A DNA stretch of 64,000 nucleotides from contig NC_083428.1 of NCBI RefSeq assembly GCF_020745735.1, forward strand, positions 24,428,001 to 24,492,000, in the 5' to 3' direction. The stretch is from Hemiscyllium ocellatum (lineage: Eukaryota). The translations under genes and the position numbers were made by a program. The notes under the pieces were generated by a model. It was not told where the DNA came from. It saw only the letters and a program-made list of their open reading frames with translations, and searched no databases. This document shows, piece by piece, positions 24,868 to 39,668 of the stretch; within the stretch, counting starts at the first letter, position 1, and every line of letters starts with the position of its first letter.

Positions 24868-25141
24868 ATGTGGGACGACAAGGCGGTGGAGGCGATCGGG
24901 CGGATCTTGGTGGATGTGTCGAGGCCGCTGAAGGAGCGTTTCCGTGCGCTTTTCACCCTCCGGAACCTGGGCGGCCCGCTGGCTATCGAGTGGATCTCCA
25001 GGGGCTTCGGGGACGAGTCGGCGCTGCTGAAGCACGAGTTGGCCTACTGCCTGGGCCAGATGCAGGACCAGCGGGCTATCCCCATCCTGACCCGGGTACT
25101 ACAGGACCACAGCCAGGAGCCGATGGTCAGACACGAAGCAG
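24868..25141 (+). CDS. DOHH: Deoxyhypusine hydroxylase, coding exon 1
   Basis: MWDDKAVEAIGRILVD...RFRALFTLRNLGG...SALLKHELAYCLGQMQD...PMVRHEA G; HE iron-binding motifs; 274 nt, GT donor at 25142. Confidence 0.96.
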
Positions 25142-25669
25142 GTGATGCATCGGCGCCCGACCGACCTTAAAAGCGCCGAGAGGCTCGAAATAGACCATTT
25201 AAAAGCTGTGTCTACGATTCTGATATCAAGCCTAAATACTTGTAGTTGCAGGAAATGTGGAATTTTATTTTAAAAGGCGCTGGCAAAGAACTAGATGATG
25301 TTTATTAGAATTTAGAACAAGGCCAGCCAATAACCCACCTAATTTCCAGAGACCAGCTGTCATTTAAAAAAATACTTTTATTGAGCAGTCATATTAAAGG
25401 GGCAGTAAACATGACTTTTTCCCAATTCTGTTCCAATTATTCCAAGCTTAATTCAAACATCGTCTGTGAGCGAAACAGCGTTGCTGTTAAGTAACTAATA
25501 AAATCATCAATTTAAAAATGAACCCTGCAGGAAAATGCTGCAAATATGGCTTCATGTAGATCTCTATCCCTTAGCTACGTCGATGTCTGCAGTCATTCAG
25601 CCAGTTCACAATCTGCTGCAACAGAAAAATGTCAGATCCATTTAATTGCATTTTATGCTGTTATTTCAG

Positions 25670-25746
25670 GTGAAGCACTGGGAGCTATTGGAAAACCAGA
25701 GGTCCTTGAAACATTGAGGTATTACTCACATGATCCAATAATAGAA
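25670..25746 (+). CDS. DOHH: DOHH coding exon 2
   Basis: TTTCAG|(G)EALGAIGKPEVLETLRYYSHDPIIE|GTAAGG; 77 nt. Confidence 0.95.
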
Positions 25747-25919
25747 GTAAGGATAGTTTAATTTCATTTCTTATGAATTAGTTAAAATGATCTTGAGACA
25801 CAATCATCTCTGTCTTATTTCTATCTCTGTATCATTACCCAACAGCATCCCTACCTCTTATCTGCAGCTGAAACTGCATCCTTGCTCCCCTTGATCCTGA
25901 CTTGACTATTTCACTCACT

Positions 25920-27250
25920 CGTAGAGTCACAGAGACATACAATGCATACAGACCCTTCCATCCAATTTGTCCATGCTGACTATATATTCTAAATTATTCA
26001 AGTTCCAGTTGCCAGCACTTGATCCATATCCCTCCAAACCCTTCCTATTGATATACCCATCCAGATGTTTTTTAAATGGCGTAATTGTGCCAGCCTCCTC
26101 TACTTCCTCTGACAACTCATTTCATGCACACAGTACCTGTTGCATAAAAAAGTTACCCCGGTCCCTTTTTAAATCTTTCCTCTGACACTCTAAACTTACA
26201 CTCTCTAGTTCTGGACATCCCCAACCCAGGGAAAAGGCCTTGTCTATTTACCCTATCCATGCCCCTCATGATTTTTTAAACCTCTATAAGGTCACCCCTC
26301 AGTCTCCAATGCTCCAGGGAAAAAGAACCCCAGCCTATTCAGCCTCTCCAACCCTGGCACCATCCTTGTAAAATATTTCTGAACTCTCTCAAGTTTTACA
26401 ACATCCTCCCTATAGGAGGGGGACCAGAATTGTATGCAATATTCCAAAAGTGGTCAAACCAATGTCCTTGCAGCCTCAATATGATCTTCCCACTCCTGTA
26501 GTCAATACTCTGACCAATAAAGGAAAGCATACCAAACGCTGCCTTCACTATCCTATCTACCTGCAACTCTACTTTCAAGGAACTATGATCCTGCACTTTA
26601 AGGTCTCTTTGTTCAGCAACACTCCCTAGGACCTTGCTATTAAGCGTATAAGTCCTGCCAAGATTTGCTTTCCCAAAATGCATCACCTCCCATTTAGATA
26701 AATTAAACTCCATCTGCCACTACTCAGCTCATTGGCCCATCTGATCAAGATCCCATTGTAATCTGAGGTAACCTTCTTCGCTGTCCACTACACCTCCAAT
26801 TTTGGTGTCATCTGCAAACTTACTAAGTTTGCCTCCTATGTTCATATCCAAATCATTTATATAAATGATGAAAAGTAGTGGCCCCAGCACTGATCCTTGT
26901 GGCACTCCACTGGTCACAGGTGTCCAGTTTGAAAAGCAACTCTCCACCACCCACTGTCTTCTGCCTTTGAGTCAGTTCTGTATCCAAATGGCTAGTTCTC
27001 CTTGTATTCCATGAGATCTAACCTTGCTAACCAGTCTCCCATGGGGAATCTTGTCGAATGCCTTGCTGAAGTCCCTATAGATCACGTCTACCACTCTGCC
27101 TTCGTCAATCCTCTTTGTTACTTTTTTAAAAAACTCTACGTAGTTTGTGAGAAATAATTTCTCATGCACGAAGCCATGTTGACTATTTCCTAATCAGTCC
27201 TTGCTTTTCTAAATACATGTAAATCCTGTCCCTCAGGATTCCCACCATAA
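25920..27250 (-). mobile_element. CR1 LINE 3' portion in DOHH intron 2
   Basis: [43 protein letters not shown] motifs with frameshifts. Confidence 0.92.
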
Positions 27251-29649
27251 ACATCAGTCTCATCTGGTGAGCCAGTGTTTTGATCTTTTTCCCCAAAGTT
27301 CCAAGACAATGCAACAACCTAAAAAAACAGTAATTACTGTTCTTGGAATTTGAAGAAATCATCTCCAACACCTAAGATACCTCAAAATAAGAGAAGCTCT
27401 TGTAGCCACAATTTTTTTCCTGTCCTCCATCTTCATTCCTGTTTACCTTTTTGCATTCTACTCTTCATAAGCTTGATGCTATCCAAAACTGACTGTGGCC
27501 TAACCTGCATAAAGTTCTGTATCCCCTTCACCCTATTTTTCGTTTTTAAAAAAAGTGCAATGATCTAGCTGACGTTTATGATAATTTAGAACTAATCTGC
27601 CATTAACCTAGTTAATTTTGAGGGCCAAGCCGTCGTATTAAAGAGACAGAAGAGCTGGAATGTTTTCAAATATTAAGCTTAGTTTAAAGCATCATCTGTG
27701 AGAGAAACAGTATGGCCATTAAATTGAAAAGTTGGCTCCCAATAAGTGAAGTAAAATCCTCTTCTCCCCTTTGGTCCCTTCAACCAACAAGACATAAAAC
27801 GCTAAACCTTTTCTCTTTACACCTCTCATTTCTTCTTTAAAAGACTGTTTGCTTTTGCTCATCTATTCTCATGTCTCATTGTGCAACTGTAAAATTTATG
27901 GTGTTCGTGTACAGTATTTTGGAGTGTTTTATGTTTAAAGCACTATATATATGCAAGTTGTTACACTCATTTTTCTCTCCTTTTACTGGATTTCCAAAAC
28001 TCGCTTCAAGATTGTTTTAAATTATAAATTTCCCTCTAATATTTTTCCTTTTCGTGACATGTTTTTCTCTGCTCCTATTAGGCCTTTGTTCAGTTCTGGC
28101 AGAGGGTACATGGAGTAAAAATCTGATGTGACATGGGTTTGAGGTAGGAGTATTCATTGGACATGAGACTCATTTGGTTCTCTACAAAAACTGCCAACCA
28201 CTGTTCTAGATTACATCTATTGGAATTTAGAACTGGACCAGCCGGTAACCCAGTTAATTTCTTGTAGAAACTAGAAAAGAGGGGTAGAACACTCCTCGTA
28301 TTTCCCCAATGCATCTCCAGCTCTTAAGCTTTGAAAGATTGGTCACCTCTGATCTTGAAATGTCAGAAAATGCTAACAAAAGCAAACCAAGTCCAGGATT
28401 TATCATGAAGGCAAATGGAAGCCTTTCAACAACAAAAGCAAACAATTAAGAGATGAAAAATAATTGGATGAACATCTAATTTGTTAGAAGTTGGAAATCC
28501 AGAGTGGGAGAAACTAACAGTGTTATATCAGTTTATATTAATCCATTGCTTTCATTGCTTTCGAGCCATTATAATGAAAAGGTTAAGTTGGAATTAAATA
28601 ATCTTTATCTAAAATATTCTCCTGGTTTCCCTATTTATCACTCCCCTTAAAAAGTATTATTTTGCTTAATCAATTCTACTTATAGGTGTACAACAGGCTT
28701 CCGAAGTGTGACAAAGATCTGCTAGTCTAACAGCTTTCTCCTTTATGTTTGGGATTATGCTGAAAGTTATTGATTTCTGTATCTATCTTCAGGTTACTAC
28801 AGTGCATAATTTCCAAATTACTGTGTTCAGATTGGATGAGCCAAGGTAATGAAGGAACCTTCACAGTTGCCTTCAGACTGGAGTGAAAAATTCAAGTCTC
28901 CATTCTCTCTTCAGAATGCTAAATGATAACAGTAGTGTACAGATTTCAGTTTCCAGAAAAATCTTCATGATGTAATTCGATTTCAAATGTGTTTGTATCT
29001 GGTCTAAATGTGAAATGCAGTTACATCTCCAGAATTTGGGAAAGTTGTTACTAGCCAAGGCAATGGTAGTAAGTTTCTTTAACAGCAATGTGGCTTTCAA
29101 AAATAAGTCTTAATTGGAAGATTTCGACAAGTTCTTTTGCAGTCCTATCAGGCAGTAAGGAATTGACATTTCTGTTCAACACCACAAGGTTTGGCAGATA
29201 ACTTTTAAATATAACAGCAAAGAGGTGCAGTTGTTTTATACAACATTGGTCAGATTGGATACCAAGTCTGCTTTGCTTTTCCCATTTTTTATGGACAAGA
29301 TCATATCCCCTCAAAACATGTCAAGGACCCTAATTTTTTTCTTATTTTAAGGACAAGTGCCAGGTGTTGCATTCCTGATGCAATTTGATTGGTCATGCTA
29401 TCAGGCTTGAAGCAAAACACATTTTATTCATATACTATAGTTAAAATGCAGACAAAATAAAAATATTGGCTTAACTGTTACCCTATTGAAATATTTTAAA
29501 GTAATAAACTGCTTATTAACTGTTCTCATATAGTAACATCCATAAGCATACCCCTGGCAAAGGCAAATTCAATAAAATAGATGGTCTCGCATGCAATATT
29601 AGCAGCAGCAAGAGAACTTTGGTCTTTGCTACAGCTAAAACCTTAAGGA

Positions 29650-29992
29650 TGGATCAGTGGTTAGCACTGTTGCCTCGATGCCAGGGACACAGGTTCGATT
29701 TTAGCCTTGGGTGACTCTTTTGTGTGGAGTTTGCAAATTCTGTCCATATCTTTGTGGTTTTCTGCAGGCTGCCCTGGCTTCCTGTCACAATCCAAAGATG
29801 TGCAGGATAGGTGGATTGTCCGTGCTAAATTGCCTGTAGTTTCAAGGGATGTGCAGGCTGCGTGGATTAGCCATGGGAAATGCAGGTTTACAGAAGTAAG
29901 GGGTGGGTTTGGATGGGATGCTATTGAGAGAGTCAATGTGGATTTGATCGCCAAATGGCCTGCTTCCACCTGGAGGGGATTCTGTGATTCTA
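29650..29992 (+). mobile_element. HE1-related SINE inside an unclassified repeat-like region (~29320-30220)
   Basis: CAGTGGTTAGCACTGTTGCCTC head and typical body. Confidence 0.7.
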
Positions 29993-32231
29993 AGAGGTGT
30001 AGCAGTTGAGGTTGTGAAAGCTGCTACTGAAAGCTAAAACTAAAATCCTGTTTCTATGGGAGGTTGGACCACCCATTCAGGCTGCTTCTGTTGTTCCAAT
30101 GTTTATTAAAAGGTCCCTGTTTACTTTGTTGACTTGAAGCAGACTGATTGTCACCTCTGTCTCAACCTCTCTTTGCTTAAAAAAAGGACAACCTGCATCT
30201 TTTATAGCCATAGTATTGTCCCATATATTTAAAATGTTTATGGTGTTACTTTCCCTTTTGGAAAGTGTGCTGATTATCATTCCCAATGACTCCTGGGGTC
30301 ACCTCAAAAGCTTTAATCAAAGCAAGCAAAATACTTGATTTATGTGTTTGGAGTCAAGTTAACAAGAACAGTTGCTTATTAAAAATAAGCAAATTCTAAT
30401 TTCAGGTAAAGCTATGAAATATCAATGTATGGCTCTACTAGTTAAAACTTTTATCCCATTTTACAACCCTGACACATTTATACAGACAGAAAAATCCTTA
30501 GTTTTGTGAATGATGGGAAGCATTTCAATAGCACCAGTTCATTGTTTGTTAAAATATACATTTTGGCATATCAGGACTTTCTATTCTTTGGATTTCCTTT
30601 CTCCAGGTTCTTTTACTTCTTTATAGAAGACACAGGCTGATTGTAACACTAATTACAAAGTCTTTTAGTGTTGGGGAAAATAAATCTTTTGCTGAATTGT
30701 TTAAAACAAAATAGTCAGGAGAGGAGACGTTGAGCAATTAACCAGCTTTATCATGACCATGGGGAATATGTCTTTGTTCGAAGAAGTCTCCGACACATTC
30801 CGATGAAGTGCAGGATATTAAAGGTTATATAGTATGTTCCAAACCCACTGCCCATTAATTACGCAACTTTGGGGCAGTCGTAAGGTCTACCTACATTGTC
30901 CAGACCTACATTTCGTAATGTCTACAAAACTGAATGTTATCTTATATCGCAGGTTTAGCTAGGCAGGATTATGAGCAAGCTAAGGCAACTTTCCCAGCAT
31001 TTGCTCCAGTCGCGTTATATCTGGACATTGTTGGTAAGCAGCTGATAAGCAGATACAATAGGTTGTTGCAAAGAGAAGAATGGCTCCATGCAAAGAGAGG
31101 AATTTGTTTATCAGGTATCGACACAGCTGCAAGGCCAACCATCTCCTGCACGCATGGGAAAAAAGACTTTTAGCAGGGCAGGCACTGAATGTAAAACAAA
31201 ATGTTCTCCAGGCTTTATTATGTGACAAAAATGGCTGCCATGATCCTAACAATTCTTGCACACTTAGTTACTGCCTACAGCAGCCTCAGGTTTTTTTTTG
31301 AGGGATACACACCACCTGCCCTTCCAGTGGTCCAAAGACACTGTGTCAAGCTGTTCAAGAACCAATCCGATGTTGTCAAATTGATGACCTTTGGCAAGCA
31401 CAATTGGTCATGATTGAAGGAACCAATCAAACCAGTTGTTGGCTAAATGGTAGTCATATGTGCACACACTCCGATGCTAGTCTCTCAAACATCAATTTCC
31501 ATTGCTTGAACAAAGCAGCAGTTTAAGCACCACACAATGAGTTTCAGTAACTTCTTATATGTCCAGCAATTTTTACCATAGACTTAAAACGGTTCTTTTT
31601 TTCCATCTTAGTCCACAACTAAAAACATAAGAAATAAACTAACTGCCTTAACAATAGGAAAATTGAAGTTTAGATTCAGAAGGAGAAAATAGAATGAATG
31701 CAGACAATTAAGATGAGATTTGTGAAAACAAAGGCTGTGTTCACCACATAGAGTGGATTAGACCAGTTAACAGGTGTATTGTCATCAGCATTGAATTCAG
31801 TTGTTGAACCCATAGGATCTCAATCTTCAGGTAATGTTGGAGGCTGAATGGAAAGTGAAAAAAAATGAGTTTGTGTGTGAGCAAGGATACACAGCATGCA
31901 GAATACCCATGTAAATGTATATTCAATTTTCTGTCTAATTTTGAATTTTAAACAGTTTGTTTTTATTTTAGGAATGAGCAACTACAAAATCATGGCCTCC
32001 AACATAATAGTTAAATATTAGGTTAACTGTTAACTACCCACTGCAGAAAATTATTGTCCAAACAGTAATATACTCAATCACTCATGAGGTTCTGGTGAAG
32101 CCAAGAACACACAGCGGTTTATGTTGGATTTTGGAGGCTCTGGTTTTTGATCCATTTTGGTAACTTCACAGTCTGGTTAGGTGGCTCTCCTATACTTTAT
32201 TTTAATGGTTTATTTGTATTAAAATGTTTAG

Positions 32232-32466
32232 GTTGCTGAAACTTGCCAGCTGGCAGTTAAACGAATTGAATGGCTTCAGAACAATAAAGACCAGAATGAA
32301 AGCCAATACTGTTCAATTGATCCTGCTCCCCCAGCTCTGGAGAAAGATCCTAAGAAATTAAGAGAAGCTCTCCTAGATGAATCCTTGCCCTTGTTTGACA
32401 GATACAGAGCAATGTTTGCCCTGCGGAATATTGGAAGTAAAGAAGCAGTCTTGGCATTAGGAGATG
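32232..32466 (+). CDS. DOHH: DOHH coding exon 3
   Basis: TTTAG|VAETCQLAVKRIEWLQ...YCSIDPAPPA...LLDESLPLFDRYRAMFALRNIGSKEAVLALGD G|GTATGT; 235 nt. Confidence 0.96.
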
Positions 32467-32651
32467 GTATGTATTTTATTGAGACTTTTACATTAGGCAA
32501 TTGATTACAGTAGAATTTGATTTTGGCACATCATAGTAAAATTGTGAATTGTTTTTGAGCTTTTAAATCACAATGTTGTAAGTTCAAGCCTCTTTCTTTA
32601 TTAATATGTGAGATGTAGCTGATGCTGTTTAGGATAGAGAGCCAGCCCTTT

Positions 32652-32945
32652 AGGGCGGCACGGTGGCACAGTGGTTAGCACTGCTGCCTCACAGCGCCAG
32701 GGACCTGGGTTCAATTCCTGCCTCAGGCGACTGACTGTGTGGAGTTTGCACGTTCTCCCCGTGTCTGCGTGGGTTTCCTCCGGGTGCTCCGGTTTCCTCC
32801 CACAGTCCAAAGATATGCAGGTTAGGTGAATTGTCCATAGTGTTAGGTAAAGGGGTAAATGTAGGGGTATGGGTGGGTTGCGCTTCGGCGGGTCGGTGTG
32901 GACTTGTTGGGCCGAAGGGCCTGTTTCCACACTGTAAGTAATCTA
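32652..32945 (+). mobile_element. HE1-type SINE
   Basis: Near-consensus copy. Confidence 0.88.
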
Positions 32946-34034
32946 AAAAATGTGGGTGAGCTACTATCTTGAACTACTGTGGACTTTGGTTTGTAGGTAC
33001 GTCCACAGTGCATTTGAAAGGAAGTTCCAGGATTTTGAATCGATGATCGTGAAAGAGCAGCAATATATGCCTTGGCAGACACCTTGGAGGTGATGGTATT
33101 CCCACCAATCTGTTCTTCTCCTTCCAGGTGGTGATGGTTGTGGATTAGGGCAGTGTCAAAGGAGTCTGGATTTGTTGCTCCAATGTATCTTATAGAAGTA
33201 CACAGTGCTCCCACTGTGCTTTGGTACTGGACGGAATGAATGTTGAGGGTACTGAATAGAGTGCCATGCTGCTTGGTCCTGGGTAGTGTTCAGCTGCTTC
33301 AGTGTTGTTCAAGTTGCTCTCCCCCAGATTAGGAAAGACAGTTGCATTGCACGCAAGTTTCATGCCTTGCTGATAATAGACAGGCAGTGGTGTGAATTAC
33401 CCAGAGGATTCCTTGCCTTTTACCCACTCTTGTAACCATAGCATTTATATCACAGACACAGTTCAATTTCTGGTAACTTTCCATGATGTTTGTGGATGAT
33501 TCAGTGATGGTAATACCATTGGAAGGACCCTTCAAGTTTCACTTGCATATGCTAGGTGAAGCATATATTAATACTCAGTGTACTTTATTGCAGATAAGAG
33601 AAAAAGGCGTGCACAATGCCTGTTCCATCTCAACAAAATAGATGACAGCCCTGACCAATGGGAGTCATCTTGCCTGGTTTAAAATTTAAACCAGCCCGGA
33701 ATGTTAACTGATTCAGTATTAATGAGCGCATTCTCCATGGCAACAGATCTACAATGAGTTCACTTGCCAACCAATCACCAGTCTTCTCTCATGCAGTCCG
33801 AGTGTTGGTTTCTGGCTTGAATTTATATTCTTGTGAATTGTCGTGATGAATGTGAGTCAAAAATCTTAAACCATGCTCAAGTTCTCTACTAACGAATAAT
33901 TATATATCAGGAAGTTGGCTTATAGCTTAATCAGTAGATTTTCCAGTCTTAATTTTGCCAGATCTTTTCGAAGTATTTGCTATTTTGATTTGCATTTGGG
34001 TGAAGATATTTCATCTTATGTATATTTCCCTCAG

Positions 34035-34372
34035 GTTTGCAGTGTGAAAGTGCCTTGTTTCGTCACGAAATTGGCTATGTCTTTGGCCAAATGCAGCATG
34101 ATGCCAGTATTCCACAACTTATAACTGCATTGAAAAAACTGGATGAAAATCCCATGGTCCGTCATGAGTGCGCAGAAGCTTTAGGATCGATTGCCAAAGA
34201 ACCATGTGTGGAAATATTGAAAGAATATCTACATGATGAAGAACGTGTTGTGAAGGAGAGTTGTGAGGTAGCACTGGACATGCTTGAATACGAAAATAGT
34301 CCAGAGTTTCAGTATGCAGATACATTGATTAAATTGCAAAAAACGGAGTCCGGGAATAGAACATTGCCTTAA
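34035..34372 (+). CDS. DOHH: DOHH coding exon 4 (terminal); spliced CDS 924 nt, 307 aa
   Basis: CCCTCAG|(G)[20 protein letters not shown]...[16 protein letters not shown]...[25 protein letters not shown]...TAA; candidate AATAAA at 35007-35012. Confidence 0.96.
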
Positions 34373-37300
34373 TGGAGTTTCTTGAACTGTTGAAAGATTG
34401 TCAAAACTTGATGTTGAGTGCACTAATCACAGATGTTATTTTCTTCTGTGCTGAAGTTGTGCATTTTCTGATGCCACTTTCCCCTATGTTGTTTAATTCC
34501 AAGTAATGTAGAATATGTAATGAGATACATCATGCTTTATTTATTTTGTACATATGACAAATTAATATTTAACAAAATGCTTGATTCAAGTTTAGTCTTC
34601 TAAAACATCACTTTGGATTTCATTTAAGTATTATTACCTGCTAGCTTCAGGCTATTTAGGATGTCAAATCTTATCACACCAGCAATATTGTGTAAATTAG
34701 TAAGTGAACACCAGATTTGTCATGACTTGGTAAGAGCATGATCCCTCCATCAGTTTAAAAATTTTTTTAAAAATGATTTAAAATCTTTAGTGCTGGAAAT
34801 ATTCAAGTTGGGACGGCATTCACTGATTATTTTTAAGATTTCTGCTTCTTTCACATTTCAAACATTTATGGTATTTTTGTTTTGGTTTAAACTTAGTTAA
34901 TCCAGTTGATTAGGGAAGTACTATAAGTTACATGATTTTGACGATTAAATATTGTATGGCTGGGTTTGTCGAATATAAACTTGTCTTCACTAAAGAAATT
35001 TAACAAAATAAACCAGTCGCTTGGTGTTTTATCTTGACTGTTTATAATTATTTAAAATTGAATTTGCTTATATCTTAATTATATATATCAGAGCTCTGGA
35101 CATGCACTAACCATCGAGTGTATGCCGAGCTGACAGTCCACATGGTACAATGAAGTGCTAACATTTTAGAGCTGTGTTGCTGTTGTAGGAAGTTGGTATA
35201 GAGGTCACGTCAAATACTTCCTCTGTACTGGAACTATTCTATGAGATACTATTGGCAGCCCTGGTTTCAGAAGAATAGCTTCCTGTGCCTTCAGTTGTTT
35301 TTGGCTTGCCCCATTATATTCAAATAATCCCAGATGAGGGTATCTTTAATTAACCTCCGTCGTGTATATCTGCTAAACTGAGGAGCTGTTATGATGCAGT
35401 GTTTGTATTTCTACCTTGGAGGTCTGAATTCAATCACACCTGTGAGGTCTGTAATACTTTTTTGAGGTTATTTAGAAGTATTCATATCTGTTAAACCCAT
35501 CTTTGATGCAAGTAGAATTTAGTGTGGCTTTTATGCATCAAATATTTATTTGGGGTGAGTTAGTTGGTGGGCTTCAAAATATTCAGCAACCTTTCATTAT
35601 GTGCTATAATTAAAAGCATTAAAGAGGGACTATATACATGTAAAACACCTTAAGTAAGGTGCTATTTTTGAAAAGGAAAATATAGCAGTTTCATTGTTTG
35701 AATAGTCATGTCATGATAATAAACTTCATCTGATTTCAATACCTGAAGCCTTCATAAAGTAAAGTGCCTTAAAAAAGAGATCAATGCTGACCATAGATTG
35801 AAGCAACCTTTGCGAAATTGTAGGTATGAGACACCTCTCTGCATTAAATGTACCACTCCATCCAAAGACAATGAATCCAGACAATCAAGTGAGCAAGAAG
35901 GTATTTATAACCTGTTTAATTCACACATGTTCACATTGGGGAGATGAAAGCCTTGTTTTCCCCACCTTGGAAAACAGTGAGAAGTTCCAGGGATGTATAA
36001 ATGGACTTGTACAAGCAGCTGCTTGGGGTAGCAGAGCAGTGACCAGAAAAAATGGATTCCAATTCCTCCCCTCCCCCCAACACCGCCAACCCTGATAGTT
36101 TATCTATCCTGACTTTTCAGTTAATATCTTGACTGATCAGATCACCCTTAATCTTTTAAATTCTAGAGAAAACAGGCCTAATTTGTATAACCATTCCTCA
36201 TGACTTGATCCCTGAAGGCCATCTATCATTCTTGTAAACCTATGTTATACTTCCTCCAAGATCAGTATATCTACCTGAAGATGCAGTGCACAGATCAGCT
36301 CACAGTACTCCCAAGTGGGGCCTAACCAAACAGCAGTTGAAAAAAGTGACCAATTTTCCCTCCTTACCTGATCATAACATCATTTAATAGTAAATATTTT
36401 TTTTCAGCAATCATTTCAGTTTTCCTCTTCCTCAGTCTGACTCTTTTTCCTTTTCAGGCATAAACTTATTTTTTCATCAAAGCTATTGCAGAAACTACCT
36501 CCATCAGCAATTTTACCTCACTTATTTTGTCTAATAATATTGCTACAAAATAAAAAAAATACTGCTGTAAAGAAACTTCTGACGACACAAGATTGTATTC
36601 CTCACCCACCCTTGACTAAGAGGAAATAAACTTGCTTTACTAGTTTTGGATCGTCACATGTATCTAATGAGATTAACTGCAGTTATATTTACAGTAGCAA
36701 CGCAGTGTTCTCCATAAAACACTTGTCAGCTCACCTCCCTGTACTCCATTTCAAAGTCCATTCATGTTCCAGTTCTACGCAACCTGCATTCTCCCTTGCA
36801 GGCCTACTGTGACTCTTTCAGTTGGCTTCTGCTCAATTTCAAAGCAGTATATATGAGTTTTAAAATATGGTAAAGCAGCATTGTGGAAGATTTACTAGTC
36901 TTCATTTAAAGCAGAAATAACAAAAGTATGCACTATTTTTCTACCTGTACTGTGATATCTTTTACTTCAATTTTTTTATTATTTGCCCTTGTATGTATTT
37001 ATAATCATTATAAATCATTAAGGTTTCAATCATACATATGCATCTCAATTTTGATTAAGTTTGCTAATGTATACATTGAACAATATTGGATGTAATTTTG
37101 CCTTTGATAGTCACTTCTGATCTCTCTGGATCAACTGCTTTTGACCACAATTCACTTGATGCAGTATTCAAAGTCTCAATTATTTTATTCTTAACATCAT
37201 AAAATTAACAATTATTCTGGGGTAATCAACTTTATTTTGAGATTTCCAAAGGGGTAATTTTTGTCCTTATTCAAAGTAACAGTTGCCTACAAAAATTGAT

Positions 37301-37717
37301 TCAATAAAGGAATACTGGTTAAAAGCTATTCTTTGTCAGTAAAGTTGTAAATTGTTCCAAAATCAGGCTGGTGTGTCAAATTACAAAACAGCTGACCATA
37401 TTCAATATTGCAAATTTTATGTGTGGCATTTAGGCTTCACAAGAGTCATTTCCCATTCCTTATCATCTCAATCTATGAACATAGCCTTTTCACCTTCATG
37501 CTTATGTAGTTTTTTAAACACACTTCACTACTACCCCATGCCTCAACTACTCTTTAAAGAAACTCTTTGCAGCTGCTCAGCTCAGTCAGTAAAGAGTATA
37601 TTTTTCTGCATTCCTTTTTGGTTAATTTATTGTACCCAATTGAGTCATATTGGACATGGCAAACTCATGCTACCTCAAAGTCCACTGCAGCACCTGAATT
37701 TCGCAGCTTTGAACTCC

Positions 37718-38052
37718 TAGAATCATGGAATCTCTACATTGCAGAAAGAAGCCATTTGACCTATCGAGTCTGCACCGACCCTCTGCGCACTCCATCCGGT
37801 CCCCCACACTAGTCCTGTAACTCTGTATTTACCATGGCTAATACACGTAACATGCAAATACCTGGACACTACAGGGCAATTTAGCACAGCCAATTCACCT
37901 AACTTGCGTATCTTCGGACTGTGGGAGGAAACTGGAGCAGCCAATGGAAACCTACACAGAACGTGTCCATACACAGTCACCCAAGGTTGGAATTATGCCT
38001 GGGTCCTTGGTGCTATGAGGCAGGAGTGCTAACCACTGAGCCACAGTGTCAC
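37718..38052 (-). mobile_element. HE1-related SINE
   Basis: Reverse-complement head GTGCTAACCACTGAGCCAC at the right end. Confidence 0.8.
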
Positions 38053-39416
38053 CAACAGCATCAATGAGTAAATAGTGTTTTACTGAGCCACTTAGATGAG
38101 CGTCTATGTAATTCTTAACTACAACTGACCACCTTTCAGGTCAGAAGAAGATTAAAATTGAAAACCAAAACTTTTAGCACTAGTTGTCCATCATTTGGGA
38201 ATTTAAGCAGCTGTACATGGTTATGGCATGAGATAACATAATACAATTAACATTGTAAAATTTTGTCTGACCATACTTCTGTAAATGTAATCAAATATAC
38301 AGTAAAGGGGAAAAATAAATGGACTTGTATTTGGATAATGAAAGACTTAAATAAGGAAAGCTGCAAAATAAATACATACCTAGGTACATGGAAAATACAT
38401 GATTTTGCCCCCCAATTCTAGGTATACAGTGTCACTGTTCTATCTGCTTGTCATGTGACTGCCATCAGGCTATATCACTTCCAGACCAAAAAAAAGTGTA
38501 CTGTTCTGCTATTTGGGCATTTTTCAACATGAATTGGCTATAATGTGATTGAAAAATTTAGACCATTATTTGTAGAACACGAATGTTTGTTTACCTGTAT
38601 TGGCTGTAATCTGATTCCGGCCCCATTGGTTTAAATGGTGCTGCTGTTATGTGATTTTCTTGTAATGGGGGATTGCAACAGATTGTACCTTGATTCCTTT
38701 GTGACACCTTTTTAACCTCTTAAGCTGTTAGGGAATATTCAATTAGATTTTAGATGGAGTTCAGACTTTGGCATTTATTAGCACAAGAACACATCCCTTA
38801 AAGATTTAAAGTTTGCACATTATCGGTTCAATTATTAGATGTGCCTTAAAATCTAAACCAACAATTTTAACTTTTATATCCATTGATAGTTCATAGCCTA
38901 CTTAGAAAGATGAATACACTATGTGCAGAATTTCTGTGAAGTATTTCTCTTACAGATTCTTCCAGAATTTGTCTTTAGTGTTTGCTACTGCTATAGATTT
39001 TGAGTTTCTGGGATTTCATATCCTTCTGTTCAATGTATCAAAATTATATTTGCTGACCTTTGACTAAAGTATTATAGCTAAAATGCAGATAGACTTCATT
39101 TCTGTGATTTCACATTATGGGTAAATTGTGCAAACTAATTAGAGATGACTCGCAAATGAGTAGAAGTGTCTCATTAGTTTCTTTAAGAGCTTTCACCTAT
39201 GAATCTATTTAATACCATTGTGGGAATGGAAACTGTGAAGGATTAAGAACAGCAGGGGATAAAGCACATGATTTATTAAAGCCTGAGAGAAGAATTGGCT
39301 GCAGCACAAGGTTTAATCTGCAGAATATGAATTTAACAATGCTACCTCTTTTGTAATTCACAAGACAGCTGGAAGGTGAAGTGATAGAAAATACATGAAC
39401 ATTTGTTCACACATAG

Positions 39417-39668
<252 letters not shown>

